A stretch of DNA of 11,046 nt. Source: Candidatus Fervidifonticultor quintus (GTDB lineage Bacteria > Sysuimicrobiota > Sysuimicrobiia > Sysuimicrobiales > Humicultoraceae). This document shows, one piece after another, positions 7,722-11,046 of the stretch. Location of the stretch: NCBI GenBank assembly GCA_031459535.1, contig JAVKIJ010000092.1, positions 1 to 11,046 on the forward strand, written 5' to 3'. The translations under genes were made by a program, and so were the position numbers. Below the pieces are notes generated by a model, which worked only from the letters and a program-made list of their open reading frames with translations, was not told the origin of the DNA and searched no databases. The first letter of the stretch is position 1; each line of letters begins with the position of its first letter.

Positions 7722-8566
7722 CAGGACCTCCGGAACAAGGTTGTCCACGGCCGGGGGCGGGGGTGGGCCGGGTTGGGAGACAGGGCCTGGCCTGCGAACG
7801 TTAGCGCCAGGACCGTCAGGAAGATGGCCACACCCGGCATCACCGCGTACCACCAGGCCCGGAAGACGAACATACGCGAGGTGGCCACCATCAGACCCCA
7901 CTCGGGCGTCGGGTTCTGCACGCCCAGCCCCAGGAAGCTCAGTCCGGTGAGAGCCAGAATGGCATAGCCCAGGTCCAGGGTGATCCGCGCCCCCACCGCC
8001 GGCAGGCACTGGGGCAGGACATGGCGGAACAGGATGACGCGGTCCGACGCTCCCAGGGCCCGTGCCGCCTCCACGTACTGGTGCTCTCGCACCGACAGGA
8101 CCTGGCCGCGGACCATCCGGGCGAACGACGGCCACCACACCACGGCCAGGGCAGCCACGGCACTGAACGCACCGCGCCCCAGAGCGCTGGCGATGGCCAT
8201 GGCCAGGATGAGGTAGGGAAAGGCGAGGAAGATGTCCACCACGCGCATCATCACCATGTCCACCGTTCCGCCCGCGTAACCAGCCACCACACCGTACACG
8301 CTGCCCACTCCGGCGGCCGCCAGCACCACCACGAGGGCCATGCCGACCGAGTACCGGGCCCCGTACACGATGCGGCTGAAGAGGTCACGGCCACCCTCGT
8401 CGGTGCCGAACCAGTATCGGGCGGAGGGAGGATGCAGGCGGTCTCCCATGGCAAGGGCGAGAGGATCCCGCGGGGCCACCCACTGGGGAACGGCCATCAC
8501 CACTCCCAGAGCCGCCAGGCAGAGCAAAGCACATACGTCACGACCAAAAAGGCGGCGTCCATTCAC
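7721..8566 (-). CDS. Peptide/nickel ABC transporter permease, DppC/OppC type, 281 aa
   Basis: WFGTDEGGRDLFSRIVYGAR, EAA loop QYVEAARALGAS, LSFLGLGVQNPTPEWG. Start reassigned from 8770 to GTG at 8566, a GTGA overlap with the upstream permease stop. Confidence 0.92.
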   Translation of the reverse strand: MNGRRLFGRDVCALLCLAALGVVMAVPQWVAPRDPLALAMGDRLHPPSARYWFGTDEGGRDLFSRIVYGARYSVGMALVVVLAAAGVGSVYGVVAGYAGGTVDMVMMRVVDIFLAFPYLILAMAIASALGRGAFSAVAALAVVWWPSFARMVRGQVLSVREHQYVEAARALGASDRVILFRHVLPQCLPAVGARITLDLGYAILALTGLSFLGLGVQNPTPEWGLMVATSRMFVFRAWWYAVMPGVAIFLTVLALTFAGQALSPNPAHPRPRPWTTLFRRS

Positions 8567-9576
8567 AGGCGCGACGCGGTGATCCGCGGGTCCAGCAGCG
8601 GATACAGCAGGTCCACCGCCGTGTTGACCAGGAAGAAGGTCACGGTCCCGACCAGGGTCACCGCCATGATGGGGTTGTAGTCGAACGTCTGAAACGCGGT
8701 GAACGCGTACAGGCCGATACCGGGCCAGGAGAAGACCACCTCCACTAGGATCGAGTTGGCCAGCAGCCAACCGAACTGTAACCCCAGCATCGTCAGGACG
8801 GGGTTGAGGGCATTGGGTAGCACATGGCGCAGAAGCGCGCGACCCTCGGGGACCCCCTTGCTGCGGGCGGTGCGCACGTACTCGCGCTGCAGTTCAGCGG
8901 TCACACTGTCGCGGGTCAGGCGGGTGGCCACCGAGAGCACGCCGAACACGGCGGCTGCGACCGGCAGAACCAGGTGCCGGACGGCGTCTAGCCACACGTC
9001 CCACCGACCCGCCAGCGCGGCGTCCACGGTGTACAGGCCGGTGATAGTCGGCGGCGGCACCAGGTCGGGGCTGAGGCGGCCGGCTACGGGCAGCCAGCCC
9101 AGCCGCGTGCCCAGGATCAGCTGCAGGACCAGCCCGACCCAGAACACGGGGACGGCCACGCCGCCGACGGTCAGCAGGTGAATGACCCGGGCGATCCAGG
9201 AATCCGGACGCACGGTCCACAGGATGCCCAGGCTCACTCCCAGGGCCACGTACACGACAAACGCCGTCCCCACCAGTTCCACCGTGGCCGGCAGGAACAT
9301 CCTCAGGTCGTCCACGACCGGCTGGCGGCTCTGCACCGACCTGCCCAGGTCGCCCCGCAGCAGTCCCCGCAGGTAGGTCAGGTACTGCCCGACCAGGGGC
9401 TGGTCCAGCCCCATCAGCCGCCGGACTTCTTCCACCTGCTCGGGCTCCGCGTTAAGCCCCGCCGCCAGCCGCGCCGGATCGGCGGGGATGAGGCGGGAGA
9501 TGACAAAAGTCAGGGTGATGATGGCGAAGGCGACGACGCCGAACCAGGCTAGGCGGCGCGCCAAAAACCGGCCCAT
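8563..9576 (-). CDS. Peptide/nickel ABC transporter permease, DppB/OppB type, 337 aa
   Basis: MGRFLARRL, PADPA, GLDQPLVGQY, GDLGRS, PATVEL, PVFWVG, ITGLYTVD, HLVLP, EYVRTARSKG, HVLPNA, VEVVFSWPGIG, DLLYPLLDPRI. RBS GGGGAGGAAGG lies immediately upstream. Confidence 0.95.
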   Translation of the reverse strand: MGRFLARRLAWFGVVAFAIITLTFVISRLIPADPARLAAGLNAEPEQVEEVRRLMGLDQPLVGQYLTYLRGLLRGDLGRSVQSRQPVVDDLRMFLPATVELVGTAFVVYVALGVSLGILWTVRPDSWIARVIHLLTVGGVAVPVFWVGLVLQLILGTRLGWLPVAGRLSPDLVPPPTITGLYTVDAALAGRWDVWLDAVRHLVLPVAAAVFGVLSVATRLTRDSVTAELQREYVRTARSKGVPEGRALLRHVLPNALNPVLTMLGLQFGWLLANSILVEVVFSWPGIGLYAFTAFQTFDYNPIMAVTLVGTVTFFLVNTAVDLLYPLLDPRITASRL

Positions 9577-9608
9577 GCCTTCCTCCCCGGACGCCGGCCG
9601 AGCGAGCC

Positions 9609-9635
9609 GGCGCCGGAGGCCATCCCCCCGGCGCC
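9609..9635 (-). promoter_or_regulatory. GC-rich intercistronic stem-loop between the SBP and DppB genes; probable mRNA-stabilising or attenuating element
   Basis: On the - strand it reads GGCGCCGGGGG-GAUGG-CCUCCGGCGCC, an 11-bp stem with one G-U pair and a 5-nt loop, 10 nt downstream of the SBP stop. There is no U-tract. The function is inferred from its position. Confidence 0.6.
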
Positions 9636-9645
9636 AAGCGACCCC

Positions 9646-11046
9646 CTACCGCCTCCGAGCGTAGAAGAATCTCACGACGTAGTTGTAGTCGAGGGTTTCG
9701 TACCACACATCCCACTGCGCCCGAACCGGCTGAGCCAGGATGGGCTCGACCACCACGATGGTAGGCACATCGTCGTCCAGGATCCGCTGAATGCGCACCA
9801 GCGTGTCCACCCGCTCCCGCTCGTCGCTCAGCCTTTTGACGCTGTCAATCAGACGGTCCACCTCAGGATTCTGGTAGTAGGACCAGTTGTATCCCCCGCG
9901 GGGTGCCAGGTTGGCGGAGTGGTATGCCGTCCGTAGCATGTCGCTTGGATCAGGAGTGAACATGGACATATTGAGAAAACTCATGTGAGGCGCCTGGCGC
10001 TCCTTGGCCATCAGGGGCGGCATCTGGGGCCAGGGGACCAGGGTCTGGGTCACGCGGATGCCCAGGGCCGCCAGGGATCGCTCCAGAACGGTCCCCGCGA
10101 ACTCAAAGTACGACAGACCTTTCAGCCCCAGGTATTCCAGCTCGAACCCTCCGCTGGTGTGGCCGGCTTCGGCCAGCAGCTGGCGGGCCCGGGCCAGGTC
10201 CTGCTGCGGCGTCAAACCAGCCTTTCCTCCGGGTACCGCCGAAGGAATCCGTCCCTCCGGAAGGCGGGCCAGACCGCTGAAAAAGTCCACCATGGCGCGG
10301 TAGTCGAAGGCATACTTGATGGCCTGGCGGATCCTTTTGTCGTTCAGCGGAGGCCTGCTCATGTTCAGGATGACGTGCTTGACTTCCAGCATGGGCTGCT
10401 TGACCAACTTGACTCCCGGCATCTTCTCGGCCGCCAGGGATTCGTCGGGGCCCACGGCACCCAGCATATCCACCTCTCCCCGCTGCAACAGCTGCAAGGC
10501 GGTGGAGACGTTCGGGTCCACCCGCAGGATCACTGTCGTCGGGGCGCCGGCTGGCCACGGTCGCCAGTAGCCGGGGGACCGCTCCAACTCGATGCGGTTG
10601 TTCTTGATCCACCGGACCAGGCGGTACGGGCCGGTGCCGGCCGCGTGGGTGGCAAACCAGTCCTTGGCCAGCGGGTCCGCGGAGGTGCGGTGGTCAGCCA
10701 ATGCTTTGGGACTCACCAGAGGCAGCTTGGCCAGCCGTCCCAGGAAGTAGACGTCGGGTTCTGCGAGCCGGATGGTTAGCTCATAGGGCCCGGTGGCTTG
10801 GATGCTCCGGATGTTGCTCATGAGGCTCGCTGGGCCCTGGTTAACCTGCCGGATCCGCTCCAGGCCGATCTTGGCCGCTTGAGCGGTGAGGGGTGCCCCG
10901 TCGTGGAAGCGTACCCCCTGGCGGAGGGTGAAGCGATAGGTGAGTCCGTCCGCCGACACCGACCAGCGGGCGGCCAGTAGTGGGCCCACTTCTACCGTGC
11001 GTGGCTTGATCTCCAGCAGCCCCTCGTAGACGTTGCGGACAAACTC
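9646..11046 (-). CDS. Family 5 (DppA/OppA/NikA-like) ABC substrate-binding protein; 5' end lies outside the window
   Basis: The frame stays open past the listed start (10989) to the window edge (EFVRNVYEGLLEIKPRTVEVGPLLAARW). It has the family 5 signature SADGLTYRFTLRQGVRFHDG, GTGPY, PPLNDKRIRQAI and NWSYYQNPEVD. Stop TAG at 9646-9648. Confidence 0.95.
   Translation of the reverse strand, partial: EFVRNVYEGLLEIKPRTVEVGPLLAARWSVSADGLTYRFTLRQGVRFHDGAPLTAQAAKIGLERIRQVNQGPASLMSNIRSIQATGPYELTIRLAEPDVYFLGRLAKLPLVSPKALADHRTSADPLAKDWFATHAAGTGPYRLVRWIKNNRIELERSPGYWRPWPAGAPTTVILRVDPNVSTALQLLQRGEVDMLGAVGPDESLAAEKMPGVKLVKQPMLEVKHVILNMSRPPLNDKRIRQAIKYAFDYRAMVDFFSGLARLPEGRIPSAVPGGKAGLTPQQDLARARQLLAEAGHTSGGFELEYLGLKGLSYFEFAGTVLERSLAALGIRVTQTLVPWPQMPPLMAKERQAPHMSFLNMSMFTPDPSDMLRTAYHSANLAPRGGYNWSYYQNPEVDRLIDSVKRLSDERERVDTLVRIQRILDDDVPTIVVVEPILAQPVRAQWDVWYETLDYNYVVRFFYARRR

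Noticed and set aside
7722..8138. 139-aa N-terminal extension of the hydantoinase B ORF, which might suggest a fusion or overlapping gene
   Set aside because: It is an alternative-frame read of dppC. Family similarity begins at MVDPVT (7721), which has its own RBS.
2..8566. Two inverted dppC paralogues as a possible recent inverted duplication or mobile-element boundary
   Set aside because: Similarity is confined to family-conserved motifs with many nucleotide differences. No terminal repeats, transposase or integrase are seen.
8567..8770. N-terminal extension of the minus-strand dppC ORF
   Set aside because: It overlaps the conserved dppB C-terminus in another frame. The GTG at 8566 gives a coupled start and a normal length.
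9985..10779. 264-aa plus-strand ORF, and the other short alternative-frame ORFs throughout the window
   Set aside because: They are antisense or out-of-frame to confident genes, lack domain motifs, and are expected in GC-rich DNA with few stop codons.
1..11046. CRISPR arrays, tRNA/rRNA genes, tandem repeats, defence or mobile genes
   Set aside because: Nearly all bases are accounted for by nine CDSs and the largest intergenic gap is 69 bp. No repeat-spacer periodicity or RNA-gene signature was seen by eye.

Overview
This is a GC-rich, gene-dense bacterial window holding the ends of two convergent catabolic operons that meet at a 38-bp gap (3914-3951). The + strand carries a DppC/OppC-type ABC permease (5'-truncated), an M24B Xaa-Pro-peptidase-family metallohydrolase, an LLM-class (probably F420-dependent) oxidoreductase and an enolase-superfamily enzyme of the hydroxyproline dehydratase / proline-betaine epimerase type. 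The - strand carries a family-5 ABC substrate-binding protein (5'-truncated), an intercistronic hairpin, DppB and DppC permeases, then hydantoinase B/oxoprolinase and hydantoinase A/oxoprolinase subunits. No ABC ATPase gene, RNA gene, CRISPR array or mobile element is visible. The gene families are known. The most interesting signals are the shared proline/lactam (cyclic N-heterocycle) theme and apparent active-site deviations in the M24 and enolase-family enzymes, which suggest an uncharacterised catabolic pathway. All family calls come from motif recognition, not database searches.
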